Of a DNA stretch of 64,000 nucleotides, positions 51,271 to 64,000 are shown piece after piece. The notes beneath the pieces are model-generated. The model saw only the letters and a program-made list of their open reading frames with translations. It was not told where the DNA came from and did not search any database. The translations under genes and the position numbers were made by a program. The number at the start of each line of letters is the position of its first letter. Within the stretch, counting starts at the first letter, position 1. This stretch comes from Octopus sinensis (taxonomy: Eukaryota), in the NCBI RefSeq assembly GCF_006345805.1, contig NC_042998.1, forward strand, positions 63,178,001 through 63,242,000. Reading direction: 5' to 3'.

Positions 51271-52493
51271 TATGTATGTAGATGTAATGAACCATACGTT
51301 ATAATGACCTTATCTTCTCGAATCTGTAAATCCTGTAAAACTATAGATGATAGTTTCTGAGTGTTAGTATACCAGTATATTCAAATTCTAGATTAATAGT
51401 TAACATCAAGTATGACATCAGCATTGCAAACATCTATTGACCATATAAAGAGTTTACATTCTTTACTGCGATATCAGCATTCAACGAAAGGATGACATTT
51501 AGCGTGGCAAATAACAAGTCATTTTCAATCTCAAAATCATTTAAAGTTTTCTTTTCTTCTTTATTTTTCTACCTGAGTATAATGAATGCACATATTTTAG
51601 AACAAAATTAAGTGTGCTTCATTCGGAAATTTGTCTTTACTGCTTCACTACGAAGCACTCCTCGGTATTGTTACGTTTTCTGTATAATAAAAATCCGAAC
51701 TTCCTAAATAATTAATGGATACAATAAAATATGCTACGTCCTACTCAAAGTAAATCTGTGTTGCATTGTCTACATCGTGTCTATCTGCGAAGATGTAAAA
51801 CGATCGAAATCAGAAGTCTTTAACTGATAACCCATTTACTATTAGATTTAAAATTTCTTATGCCACAAAACAGCTCTAATTGCATAGTAACATATATTTA
51901 AGCCCCAAACAACAGTAAAATCAAAACATCATTTGTATTCAAGTGAGTTGGTAAATCTGGTAGTTCCCGTTAGACCACTTAAGTATACTATGGAAAGTGC
52001 TCTGTTTTTTTATGATTGCACACACGGAGTTTATGTCAAAGATTTTATGAATACAATAACTATGAGAAATCGAAAATTCGTTCAAAATTAACGGGATATC
52101 TGTATTTTGTAAATAAAATATTAAATAAGAATATTTAATAGAAGTAGTGTCTCTTATAAACATTATTCAAAATACAATTATTTTGAAATTTAGTAATTGA
52201 TAAAATAACGAGTATTTAAAATATATTCACCTCAAAGAAAAACTGTCCAGGTGAAATGAAAATGGAACGTACAAGTCATTGTGTTTGTGCATCAAGGGGT
52301 AGGTACTAATACGTGAGTGTCGCAATAACGCGTCTGAAACCTTTGCACGCTGCCCCAAGTGTGAGTCGCCTCTCATACTCCTAGGTCGAAGATACATCGC
52401 TCTCATCAACTTGTTTCATAACTTCAACGTAATGAAGTCTTGGGCTGAGAGTCACTTATGTAGCCATATTGCAAAATAAAATCCTATCTATCA

Positions 52494-52607
<114 letters not shown>

Positions 52608-52614
52608 TTATCTC

Positions 52615-52633
<19 letters not shown>

Positions 52634-52652
<19 letters not shown>

Positions 52653-55320
52653 CAGAGCTAGGATGCATGCTCTGAGGAACGAAGGAGTTGGAGCCGACCG
52701 AGAGGCTCGATTGGCGGAGGTGCAACGAGGCAGAGCCGCCATTAGGTCACTTACAGATGAACAGAGGTGCGAATTACTCGAGCATGAAAGGATGTGTGAG
52801 GCCTTTCAACAACACTGCCCGATTGTTTGGGACAACTGGTGGGTCAGAAAGCAGAGCTGACATTAGTGCCTACCTGCATGGCCTGCTACGACTCTCTGCA
52901 AGAGAGGCGCAGTGTTGTGAAAGACCAATCACAGCCGCGGACATACGGGATGCGATGACAAGCTGCACTAGAGAAAAGTCACCGGGCTTGGATGGTCTGC
53001 CCTAGAAACGTTATTGTCATATGCCAGATTTGTTCGTTGTCGTCTTGGCACCTGTCTACTACAACTGGCAGCAAAACGGGAGTATCCCCGTTTTTGTAAA
53101 GCGAGGAGCATTGGCACTGCTACAGAAAGATCCAAATAAGGGGAATGTTATAGATAGCTTCATGTCCATCACTCTGCTCAACGCAGATTTGAAACTTTTG
53201 GCCAAGGTGTTAGCCGTGAGGTTGGCGCTTGTCATCGTGAAACTAGTCGACAAGGCACAAACGTGCGCCATGCCGGCGAGGAGTATCCATGACTTCCTCC
53301 AACCTATGTGCTACATGATAGACAGGAATAGTTAGGGATCGTGGCATGGGTGGGGCACTATCAATTTGGATCAATCAAAAACTTTCGATAGGGTAGACCA
53401 TCACTACTTGTAGGCTGTCCTTACAGCGGTTGGTTTCGGTCTCATCTTCTGCGGTTGGATCGCTGCCTTATACAGCGGCATCCGCTCGGTAGTCCACGTA
53501 AATGGTCATCTATCCAGACCATTTAACGTCATACGTTCGGTTCGTCAAGGATGCCCCCTCTCGGCGCTTCTGTATTGACTCTTGAGCCTCTACTGCAGAA
53601 GCTGGCGACGTTGAGTGACATCCCACGAAAGCTGGGATGCGGGAGGAGCGTGTCTGCATACGTGGAAGACGTCACCGTTATAGTGTCGAGCAACAAGCAC
53701 ATTGACCTGATCGGCGAGACACTAAAAAAATACGAAGCCGTAACGGGAGCAAAAGTTAACCGGGAAAAGTCAGAGGGCTTGCGGATCGGCGCCTGGAGAA
53801 GCAAGCCCATGCCGTCCAACAGCGTTTCTATCGTGGGACGCTGGATCAACGAACCATTTAAATTGCTCGGAAGTGTGATTCAGTCCGGACCTCTAAATGG
53901 AGAACTGGGTCGAAATAATGACTACGATGGCCACTCTCACCCAGCAATGGGTCGAGAAGATGTTATCCCTAAAAGGTCGGGCGGATGTGGCGAATACGTA
54001 CATCCGCCATCGAGTATCGTCTGACCGTCGTGCCTTGTCCCGACCCTACCATCACTAAACTGGAACGCATATCCTTCCGCTTCCTGTAGAAGGGAAGCGT
54101 TCCGATAGTTAGACGATCCATTTGATGTCATCACCCATTAAATAGAGGGATAAGCATGCCGTGGTTGATGATGCGCAGACATGCGCTGAGACTGCGACAT
54201 CTCCGGCGCTTCATAGACAACGGTGAACAGGTGTGGTCGCCGTTTGTGCGGCGCGCTTTCCCGCAGCTCATCTCCTTCGCCGAACTACAGCCGTGGACCA
54301 AACAGTGACCGAGGCTAGGCGAATAGCACCGCGAGTGTCGCGTTCCTCTCAAGCCTCTTTTCTATCCGGGACCAAACTTGTGCGACTTCATTATAACAAA
54401 GGCGTTCTTTAGAGAATTAGTGGATGGGAGGTGCGACGACGTTCGCGAGTAGAATCTGGGCGTCGACCAGGAACACCTGACCCGCCTGTTCAGGATAACT
54501 TTCGGGCCGGGGCCTATGGACAATCACCAAAGATCCCTGGCCTGGCACTGCTATCGAGAAGCATTACCTGTTCGAGATAAACTCAACAGGCACGGATCGA
54601 GACACACTGGGCTGACTTGCCTGAGATGCGGTCAGAGCGACGAAACCGTTCTGCACGCATCGTGCAGTGTTCAACCATTTCGGACCTGTGGGCTTATGCC
54701 GAACGGCTGTTGTCACGTGTGGGACGAGGCCGCCTCTCTGTCGAGTCTGTCGTGGCAATTACCCCGCCACCTTCCTTAAATCGGGAAGGCAAGGCAGTCT
54801 TCATCGTACTGGTGGCTATGGGGAAAGAATGTATGTGGTGGACTCGAGCGAAAGGATTAGAGACAATCACGTACCTCTCTGGCCAATCGCTCGTCAGCTT
54901 TCTCAAGTACCACTTGAAAAGGAAGGTGAGAATGGAGAGGCAGGTTTTATCTCTTGAAAGTTTAAAAAAAGATGGGTGAATGTAGCAAAGATGGTGCATG
55001 TGAGCGACAAAACCACTTTGAGCATGATCCTGTAAATCGTAAAAAGAGAGAGAGAGAGAGCACTTTGCTCTCATGTGTTTATTCTCTCCTTCTCTGAGGT
55101 TTCCGCTGTCCTTCCGTATTCTTTTCTTTCCACAGATAAACCTAATCTTGTTTCTTACATTTTGAAAATTTCTTCTGTGATACCCGATCCTTTTTGATCG
55201 CCTTTTTTTCCCGACCCTTTTGATCGGAATTTTACTTTTTTCCCTTTTTTTTTTCATTTTCGGAAAAGCTCTACATTTGTATTTGTCCCCTCCGTGTTAT
55301 ACCCTGTGTGGCTAGTAAAG
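52634..55320 (+). mobile_element. 5'-truncated Tx1/L1-clade LINE, ~2.7 kb (RT, zinc finger, 3'UTR), copy 2, flanked by (TATC)n
   Basis: KSPGLDGLP; ITLLNADLKLLAKVLAVRL; DQSKTFDRVDH; VRQGCPLSALLY; SAYVEDVTV; CLRCGQSDETVLHA. Stops and frameshifts throughout. Confidence 0.92.
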
Positions 55321-55625
<305 letters not shown>

Positions 55626-55945
55626 GAGGGAGAGAGAGAGAGTCAGCAGGTGAGATCCAGAGATGCTCCATACAAAAAACATGCAGTGCTGCTCAAATGA
55701 TTTGAAAATAGAATCCGCAATCTTTATCTGGTACGGGTCCACGGATTAAAGAATGGATATATGATGGATCCGGGTGAGCTGATATGCGGATAATGATGCA
55801 AATAAAGGCGCTTGGTTTTGATATATAAAATATACATATTTGTATACATGTAAACACACACACACACATACGCACGCGCGCGCGCACACACACACACACA
55901 CCACACACACACACACACATACACACACACACACATACATACACA

Positions 55946-56012
<67 letters not shown>

Positions 56013-56049
56013 TTGTGTGAAGAGGAAATGTAATGTGTCTGGAATGCAG

Positions 56050-56285
56050 AGTAGACTATAATAACTGTTATAAATAATTTTATTATTGATAATCTAATAT
56101 TTCAGAAATAAAAATTCCTACTTCAGATATTGCTAGGAATCAATGGAGTTACTGTTATAATCGGTTTTCCAGCAGTTACTGAAATTCTTTGGAAACGTGC
56201 CTGCAGTAGTCTCACGACTTTCCTTCCAGAATTCCTCATGAGAAATGCGTGAGGGAGGTCATGTCTTGAGGATGAGGCGAGTGGG
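56050..56285. repeat. Interspersed repeat, homologous to 63622-63842 (possibly a Penelope 3' region)
   Basis: Shared gactataataactg...aatggagttactgttata...ctcatgaga..gtgaggg.ggtcatgtcttgag. Confidence 0.7.
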
Positions 56286-56651
56286 ACAGGCGTTTTCTTT
56301 TCTGTCTTGAGTGTTGAGAGAATAAGCGTCCAATCGTTGACCTCCTATTGTCATACCCAAGTCTTCGAAGAGAAGGAGCCCTCCGTTAGAAATGGCAGGG
56401 GTAGTGGGGGTGTCAACATTTACATAGGGATACAAATGTAAGGTAGACAATCAGTTTCTGAATTGTACTTCGCAAAAGGTTACCTCTCTTTTCTAGTCCA
56501 CAATTATTCAATATTTCTCCATAAGTGAAAACTCTAAAGAGTGTAGTGCAATCTGTGGAACATAAGTGTTGTATGTGCCAAGCATGAACGAAATCGGATG
56601 AAAAAATATCAAATTTAAGTGGGATCAAGTAAATAGGCTGTCACACACACA

Positions 56652-56690
<39 letters not shown>

Positions 56691-56717
56691 ACAGACACAT
56701 CTTCCTTCTTACATATC

Positions 56718-56752
<35 letters not shown>

Positions 56753-56810
56753 AACTTGTGCGTAATGAAATAAAAAAAGAAGGGCTGTATATATATTAGA
56801 ACATCTATAG

Positions 56811-56843
<33 letters not shown>

Positions 56844-57518
56844 GTCATTACGGGTATATATAAAACGCTCATAGTGATGGTTCCGTCCCAATGTATTACA
56901 CTAAGAAGTATCCCTTAAATAAATGTATTATAAATATCAAATATCATTAAGTAAGAAAATGAGATTGAAACATTAAGGAAGCTACATGGTGATCTATTTA
57001 GACGTTATAGGAGCTACAGGTTGAGCTGTTGAGACGTTGAGGAAGCTATATGTTGATCGGTTGGTTATCTTGACCGATCAACAAATAGCGTCCATAACGT
57101 CCTGTGGACCTGATGATATTTTGCGCTTAATCTTCAAAATGCAAACTCATTTTATTCCATATTTTTGTAATTTGTATTGAGTGTAAATCAAAACATTTTC
57201 TTAGTAAACGATATAATATAATATAATAATTTAAAAAAATAATATAATAATATAAAATAATTAATATAATATATAATCCTGCTGATGAGAACTTCGTCTA
57301 GCAAATTACTTTGCTAATTAGAGTAAATATTTTTATTTTTCATTCCCTTCGAGATTACCGCTAATAGTGGTTTGGATTTTCGTAATCCTATCGTGTTAGA
57401 TATCGTATGATGGCCATCTCATATGTGTTTAAATGTATGCTATATATACATACATACATACATACATACAAACATACATACATACATACATACATACATA
57501 CATACATACATACATACA

Positions 57519-57553
<35 letters not shown>

Positions 57554-57714
57554 TTATATATATATAATTGAGTAGTTGAATGAATTATCTTATTATGGAT
57601 AATTCGGTTAACCGATACCTGGGTAGCAAATTCACGTCAGAAAAACACGGTTGAAGCTACATGCCTAGGGCAGAGATCACGTGCTATCGTGTGGAAATTT
57701 GTGTGTTTTTTTAA

Positions 57715-57970
57715 ATACAAATAAATGAAAGAATGTAGTTGAACGACGAATTAACAAAATTCTTTTATTTTATTTTCGACATATGCTTCGAAGGCTGCAT
57801 ATTCCTAATTTCGAAGGAATAATGGGTGCATTATGCTGCCTTCTCGAGAAGGCGGCATAATGTACCCCTTATTCTTTCGAAATTAGGAATATGCAGCCTT
57901 CGAAACATATGTCGAAAATAAAATAAAGAATTTTGTTAATTCGTCGTTCAACTCCATTCTTTCATTTATT

Positions 57971-57975
<5 letters not shown>
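57715..57975. repeat. Near-perfect palindrome with ~130-bp arms and no spacer
   Basis: Centre gccttctc|gagaaggc at 57845/57846, with few mismatches. The right arm contains GAAAC-ATAT-GTC. Confidence 0.92.
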
Positions 57976-57999
<24 letters not shown>

Positions 58000-58007
<8 letters not shown>

Positions 58008-59400
58008 AAACAAGTCAAAAATAGAAAATGCTAAGATAATTTTATAGTGAATCTTTCAGTACCGGTTTCGGTCATTTTGAGACCTTTTCAACTGTAACGA
58101 TTAAATAATTAAATTTAGAAAAATTAGAAGAAAAGTTTTTTTAAAGGAATATTTCTATAGTAGTGTTCAGATAAAGTGGCATTCTGCCTTCTCTGACTCC
58201 CTTGTTTGCACTTGTGTGTTCGAGGTCGTTGTGAGTTCTTGGTAGGGTAGGAGAAGCAGAAGGCTGATGTGAAGAGGGGGTGGGGAAATCTGGGAATGCC
58301 TTGATGGTCGTATTTTGAATGGTCAGTGGCGGACGGCAGTCGCAGTTCAATTCAGGAATTGTTTATGGAATTTGCGTAGGCGTTATACTGAAAGGCATTA
58401 GTGACAAGGTTAAGGGGTAGGGGTAGAAGGTGGGAAGTACAAGAAGAAGAAGATGACGATGTTGATGATGATGATGATGAAGAAGTAGAAGAAGAAGAAG
58501 GAGAAGGAGAAGATGATGATGATGATGGTGGTGATGATGATGACGACGATGATGATGATAATGATGATGATGAAGAAGAAGGGGAAGTAGAAGAAAAAAA
58601 CAGAGAAGGGAGAATATGAATGGGGGAAAGTATAGCTGTGATGGGGCTGATTAGTAATGGATTCTATGGAATGTAATATTTGTGTGTGTATATATTTCTT
58701 TTATTCTAAAGTTGAGGTATATTAATTGTTTGTCGTAGACCCGTTAAGAAGTGGCCTGTATTTTGTAATAAAGAGATTTTCTTTACTTATTCGTTGTCTC
58801 GGGGTTGTATCGTCCCTAAATTGGTAGAGGTGGGAAATCCTGAAGTTTGATGTTTTTTTGTTGGCGCAAGTATCTATGTGTTGGCTAAAAGCTATTTTTC
58901 TGTTTTGGGGAATTTTTATCTGGGATCTGTGCAGGGCCATTCGTTTACGCAAACCATTTTTTGTTTGGCCTATGTTACTGCTCTTGACACCCGGAGCAGG
59001 TTAGTGAGTATATTAGGTTCTCCGAAGCATATGTGAAGTTGCTTTTCACTGTAAACCGTTGTCCCTGTTTGAAGGAGAACTCTGATCCCTCAATTAGATA
59101 GTCGCATATCCCGCAATTGGGTCTTCCACATTTTTTTACTGTCGGCTTCTGTGTTGAAGAGTGAATTCGGGCTTGTGTTAGGAGACTTTTCATGGATCTA
59201 GGCTGTCTTTTGCTTTTTATGATCGTGTGTGTTTGGAGGATTGTGTTCATTCTGTGGTCTTTTTTTAGGAGGGGTATGCTGTGGAGGATGTTGCCGAAGG
59301 CTTCGTCATTGAGAGGGTTGTGTGTGGAGATGTATGGTAAGGCTTTTGGTTGTAATTTTTTCTTTGATTTGGGATGTCTCAGTTCCTTGATGTTAAGTTG
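58000..59400 (-). mobile_element. Penelope-like element 3' part (GIY-YIG endonuclease, acidic/simple-repeat tract, terminal repeat)
   Basis: KKCGRPNCGICDYLIEGSEFSFKQGQRFTVKSNFTYASENLIYSLTCSGCQEQ(Y)IGQTKNGLRKRMALHRSQ..FSQHIDTC. Confidence 0.9.
58057..58094 (-). ncRNA. Minimal type I hammerhead ribozyme, C3U/G8A variant
   Basis: cag-TTGAAAA-ggtc[tcaaaat]gacc-GAAA-CCGG-TA-ctg. Stems I and II pair perfectly and helix III (ACCGGT) is palindromic. Confidence 0.75.
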
Positions 59401-60485
59401 AGGGATCAGAGTTCTCCTTCAAACAGGGACAACGGTTTACAGTGAAAAGCAACTTCACATGTGCTTCGGAGAACCTAATATACTCACTAACCTGCTCCGG
59501 GTGTCAAGAGCAGTACATAGGCCAAACAAAAAATGGTTTGCGTAAACGAATGGCCCTGCACAGATCCCAGATAAAAATTCCCCAAAACAGAAAAATAGCT
59601 TTTAGCCAACACATAGATACTTGCGCCAACAAAAAACACCAAACTTCAGGATTTTCCCCCTCTACCAATTTAGGGACGATACAACCCCGAGACAACGAAT
59701 AAGTAAAGAAAATCTCTTTATTACAAAATACAGGCCACTTCTTAACGGGTCTACGACAAACAATTAATATACCTCAACTTTAGAATAAAAGAAATATATA
59801 CACACACAAATATTACATTCCATAGAATCCATTACTAATCAGCCGCATCACAGCTATACTTTCACCCATTCATATTCTCCCTTCTCTGTTTTTTTCTTCT
59901 ACTTCCTCTTCTTCTTCATCATCATCATTATCATCATCATCGTCGTCATCATCATCACCACCATCATCATCATCATCTTCTCCTTCTCCTTCTTCTTCTA
60001 CTTCTTCTTCTTCATCATCATCATCAACATCGTCATCTTCTTCTTCTTCTACTTCTCCACCTTCTACCCCTTAACCTTGTCACTAATGCCTTTCAGTATA
60101 ACGCCTACGCAAATTCCATAAACAATCCCTGAATTGAACTGCGACTGCTGTCCGCCACTGACCATTCAAAATACGACCATCAAGGCATTCCCAGATTTCC
60201 CCACCCCCTCTTCACATCAGCCTTCTGCTTCTCCTACCCTACCAAGAACTCACAACGACCTCGAACACACAAGTGCAAACAAGGGAGTCAGAGAAAGGCA
60301 GAATGCCACTTATATCTGAACACTACTATAGAAATATTCCTTAAAAAAACTTTTTTCTAATTTTTCTAAATTTAATTATTTAATCGTTACAGTTGAAAAG
60401 GTCTCAAAATGACCGAAACCGGTATTGAAAGATTCACTATAAAATTATCTTAGCATTTTCTATTTTTGACTTGTTTTTTCATATA
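59401..60485 (+). mobile_element. Inverted duplicate of Penelope 58000-59090
   Basis: agggatcagagttctccttcaaacagggac (59401) is the reverse complement of 59061-59090, and the arms stay collinear to ttgttttttcatat. Confidence 0.92.
60390..60427 (+). ncRNA. Minimal type I hammerhead ribozyme, C3U/G8A variant (second copy)
   Basis: cag-TTGAAAA-ggtc[tcaaaat]gacc-GAAA-CCGG-TA-ttg, with one G-U pair in stem I. Confidence 0.75.
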
Positions 60486-60520
60486 TATCAACTCGTGTGT
60501 TCCTTTCCCCTTTATACATA

Positions 60521-60554
<34 letters not shown>

Positions 60555-60559
60555 TAGTT

Positions 60560-60660
60560 GACATTTACAGAAAAACAAAGACGAATACAAGTGTAATAGT
60601 TTGACGCTGGAGAATGTGAGAAAGTATTTTACGTTTCGAGCCTACGCTCTTCAACAGGAG
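60560..60660 (-). mobile_element. Short Penelope-derived element with hammerhead-like motif (60626-60660)
   Basis: Reverse complement reads CTGTTGA-a-gagcgtaggctc-GAAA-CGTA-aaat. Confidence 0.65.
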
Positions 60661-60679
60661 TCACTTTTAAGACAATTTG

Positions 60680-60900
60680 TCTGACACAATGGCCCATTCA
60701 AGTAGTGAATAGCAATAGACTATAATGTATCCAGTTATGAGCGGCTTATCCCTTGGAATGCGTCCAGATTTCGTTTGAAGAAGAGGGGATCTTTTTCTTA
60801 TTTAATCGTGTTCGGTTAATATTAAATGGAGCAGGGCCTGTTGAAGAAAAGAAATTGTGAAATAGTAAATTTATGTTAGGGTCCTGCAATATATAGGTTG
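60680..60900 (-). mobile_element. CR1/L2-group LINE 3' remnant
   Basis: Homologous to 42080-42270 (ccattcaagtagtga.., gcagggcctgttga.gaaaagaaatt). Confidence 0.7.
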
Positions 60901-61580
60901 TGTATGACATGTGGGTATCAATCTTTGACGAAGTCTGTATCTGATGTTAAGGTGGTTTAGGCAACGCTGGTGATATAACTCTCCAAATTATAAAAATGTT
61001 ATAAAACTCACAGCGGGTCTGGAGGGAATCAAGATTCAATGTTTTATGACGGTCCATAGGTGTCTGCTTATATGTTGTTTTGTTTCAAAATTAACCCGAA
61101 ATTCTACCAGTGTTTATTTTGTGCTCCTTCTGGTGATATCTGATTGACTTTCTGTATATTTATGTATACATACGCACAAGCAAGCAAATCATATATATAC
61201 ATATATATATATATATATGCATAGATACACACGCACATATATATATACATATATACATTTGTATGTATGTATATGATTCATATATGCTGACGTGTGTGCT
61301 TGAATATAGGAAACGTTGCACTTATTAATGTACGTGTTTAAGTGACACTTTAATCATTTCACGGCTGATAAGCAACACTAATGAAAGTTTATGTTTCGCT
61401 TCAATTAGCGCATCTGATATATTGTTTCAACTTCATTAACTATTTCACTATGTTACACGCTCAGCCTTCCATCAGATATAAGTTGTCAGTATCTTTGTTG
61501 TTGTTGCTTATGCCGCATTTGTTTCCTTGGTATATATATATATATATATAGCCCTGTATGTAGATATATATACACATCTG

Positions 61581-61612
<32 letters not shown>

Positions 61613-61621
61613 ATATATATA

Positions 61622-61659
<38 letters not shown>

Positions 61660-61944
61660 TATATATATATATATACGTACATTATGTAGACATATACAGG
61701 TATATGTGCATATATATGCATTTATATTTATATGCACATATATATTTTTCTGTTTCTCTCTCCTTCTAAACGTCTCTATATCTGCCTGTGAGTGCGAATG
61801 TATGTAATTAAGTATATATTAATGGTTTCGTTTGATTATACTTTTGTTCTTATGGCCACCACACCTTAGTAATGTTTTTCCGACGCTGACTATATATGAA
61901 TACTCATATATTTATACACACACGCACACGTATATATAGATGTA

Positions 61945-61993
<49 letters not shown>

Positions 61994-62013
61994 TATATAT
62001 ATAGATAGATGTA

Positions 62014-62059
<46 letters not shown>

Positions 62060-62067
62060 TGTATGTA

Positions 62068-62115
<48 letters not shown>

Positions 62116-62840
62116 CAAAAGGAAGTTGAAGAATAAATGTAGTATGATAATTAGTCATGTCAATTGATCGGCCTGCATTAACGGGGTTGCAGTTAATTGT
62201 AATAATACATTAATACATTCAACATATTGCCGAAATCGTTATTCAAAGAAATGCCGACAATGACGACTGAAAATTCTAATGAAGTTCAATAAAATTTTCC
62301 AAATTAATTAACTTGTATGTTTTCATACACAACAGCGTTGTGTTTATCGACTATTCTACCTTTGTAGATGCTGGTTTATACAAACAGGTATTAACACTCA
62401 GTACCTACATTTCCAAGCACGGCTGTTGCGTAATTTCTATTTGTCTTTCTACTGCTGTTATTCATAGCAAATTTACGACATAATGCTGTTGTATAACCGT
62501 TCATTTGACCTTCATTATATTTGCATTGTATGTAAGTCCAGTAGGAATTTAAGGCAAAATTTGTTTTTCACTCGTATCGTCATCTTTCCAAGAGTTTGCT
62601 CTTATATCCACTCAAAGTTTGCTTATGCATATGTATATATGTATCTTATATATATACATATCCTTGTATGTAGTATATAAATACAGACACAGACACACAC
62701 ACACATACACACGCTCATCACATGCACGAAGATATATACATACACGCGCACGTGTCTACATACACACATAGTTAATGATGTATATAAACAAACTCACTTA
62801 GGCTTGCGCTAGTATATATATGTGTGTGTATGTGTGTGTG

Positions 62841-62905
<65 letters not shown>

Positions 62906-62982
62906 ATGTATATATGTATATGTATGTATGTATGTATGTACGCATGTATGTATGTATGTATGCATGTATGTATATATATATA

Positions 62983-63009
<27 letters not shown>

Positions 63010-63013
<4 letters not shown>

Positions 63014-63196
63014 GTTGACACGTACAGAAAAACAAAAATAAAGAAAGGTGTATGAACAACAAGAAGGTGTAATAGTTTGACGCTCTGGAAAGTGAGAAAG
63101 TTTTTTACGCTTGGAGCCTACGCTCTTCGACAGAAAGGAACAATACAAAATAAACAGAGAAAGAATAAAAACTTTTGGATGTAGCGATCCGCCATG

Positions 63197-63200
<4 letters not shown>
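63010..63200 (-). mobile_element. Short Penelope-derived element with hammerhead-like motif (63102-63137)
   Basis: Reverse complement reads cttt-CTGTCGA-a-gagcgtaggctc-caag-cgta-aaaa. Confidence 0.6.
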
Positions 63201-63231
<31 letters not shown>

Positions 63232-63621
63232 TTCATATATAACCATACAGATATTTATGTTTACAATGAACAGATTTACATGGAGTACAAAACACACAGA
63301 AAAGTAAAGAAGTGGGCATTATACTTTAGGTCCGACAACTATGTCTGGGGGAATGGTAGGTATTACAGAATAATTATAATTTTGGTAGATGGAGTGTGCA
63401 AAAAGTCAAACATATGCAACCAGTAGTAGATGCATATAAGTATTACAGTACATCCAGCTTCCGTCTTCATGGTAGAGAGATTAACATCTATAAATATATT
63501 TAAGCTTATGCCGGAATGTTCATCTTTTGAACATTTTCAGTTTTTATTTCCTTCTGCATAGACCTTCATATATAAGAGAATATCGTAGTTCGCGGGAAGC
63601 ATTGTGTATTGTTTGTGAAAT

Positions 63622-63842
63622 ACAGAGTGGACTATAATAACTGAATAATTTAATTACTCATAGTCTAATATTTCGGAATATAAAAATTCCTTCTACAGAT
63701 ATTGTTAGGAATTAATGGAGTTACTGTTATAGTCGTTTTCCAATAGTTACTGTAATTTGCCGGAAGCGTGTCTGCAGTTGTCTCACGAAGTCACTTCCGG
63801 AAGTCCTCATGAGAGGTGTGTGAGGGCGGTCATGTCTTGAGC
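63622..63842. repeat. Interspersed repeat, homologous to 56050-56285
   Basis: Direct similarity to the 56050 copy. Confidence 0.7.
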
Positions 63843-64000
63843 TCATATGTGTTGGCATATCCTCAGTGCTGCTTTGAAGTTATGTATTATCCGTGCATAT
63901 TTTTTCTTATATGAGCATGTTACCATCGTGCGTGCAAGGTGTCGATGTTGTTAAATAATATAGTAATTGTTCATTTCCAACCTATTGTTAATTCGGGGCC

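Noticed and set aside
52248-52295. Possible 48-nt exon (ccag|...aggg|gtaggt)
   Set aside because: There is no polypyrimidine tract and no recognisable peptide.
58401-58619. Acidic D/E-rich ORF
   Set aside because: It is the (GAT)/(GAA) simple-repeat tract inside the Penelope 3' region and is mirrored at 59880-60065.

Overview
AT-rich, microsatellite-saturated animal DNA. The SINE families, repeat density and base composition most resemble an octopus (coleoid cephalopod) genome; this is inferred from recall, not from a database search. I found no intact, confidently identifiable host gene, and almost every ORF in the supplied track is a microsatellite artefact or a transposon fragment. Most of the window is decayed mobile DNA: RTE, Tx1/L1, R4/Dong-like and CR1/L2-group LINEs; Penelope-like elements with GIY-YIG remnants and minimal hammerhead ribozyme motifs; Tc1/mariner and pogo-like DNA elements; a Gypsy-type solo LTR with a 4-bp TSD; and many tRNA-headed and related SINEs. 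The most notable observations are these. (1) A Tx1-clade LINE is embedded in (TATC)n at both ends of two copies and shares its last ~40 nt with the commonest SINE here. (2) R4-like LINE copies are stacked in (TATG)n, and their 3'UTR seeds new microsatellites. (3) Several Penelope-associated hammerhead variants occur (U3-A8, and a repeated U6 variant). (4) Fold-back palindromes are unusually dense, including a perfect one with 186-bp arms. (5) A decayed, apparently spliced minus-strand gene relic with ~141-codon internal repeats is disrupted by the solo LTR. Most element boundaries were read by eye and are approximate unless a junction is quoted.
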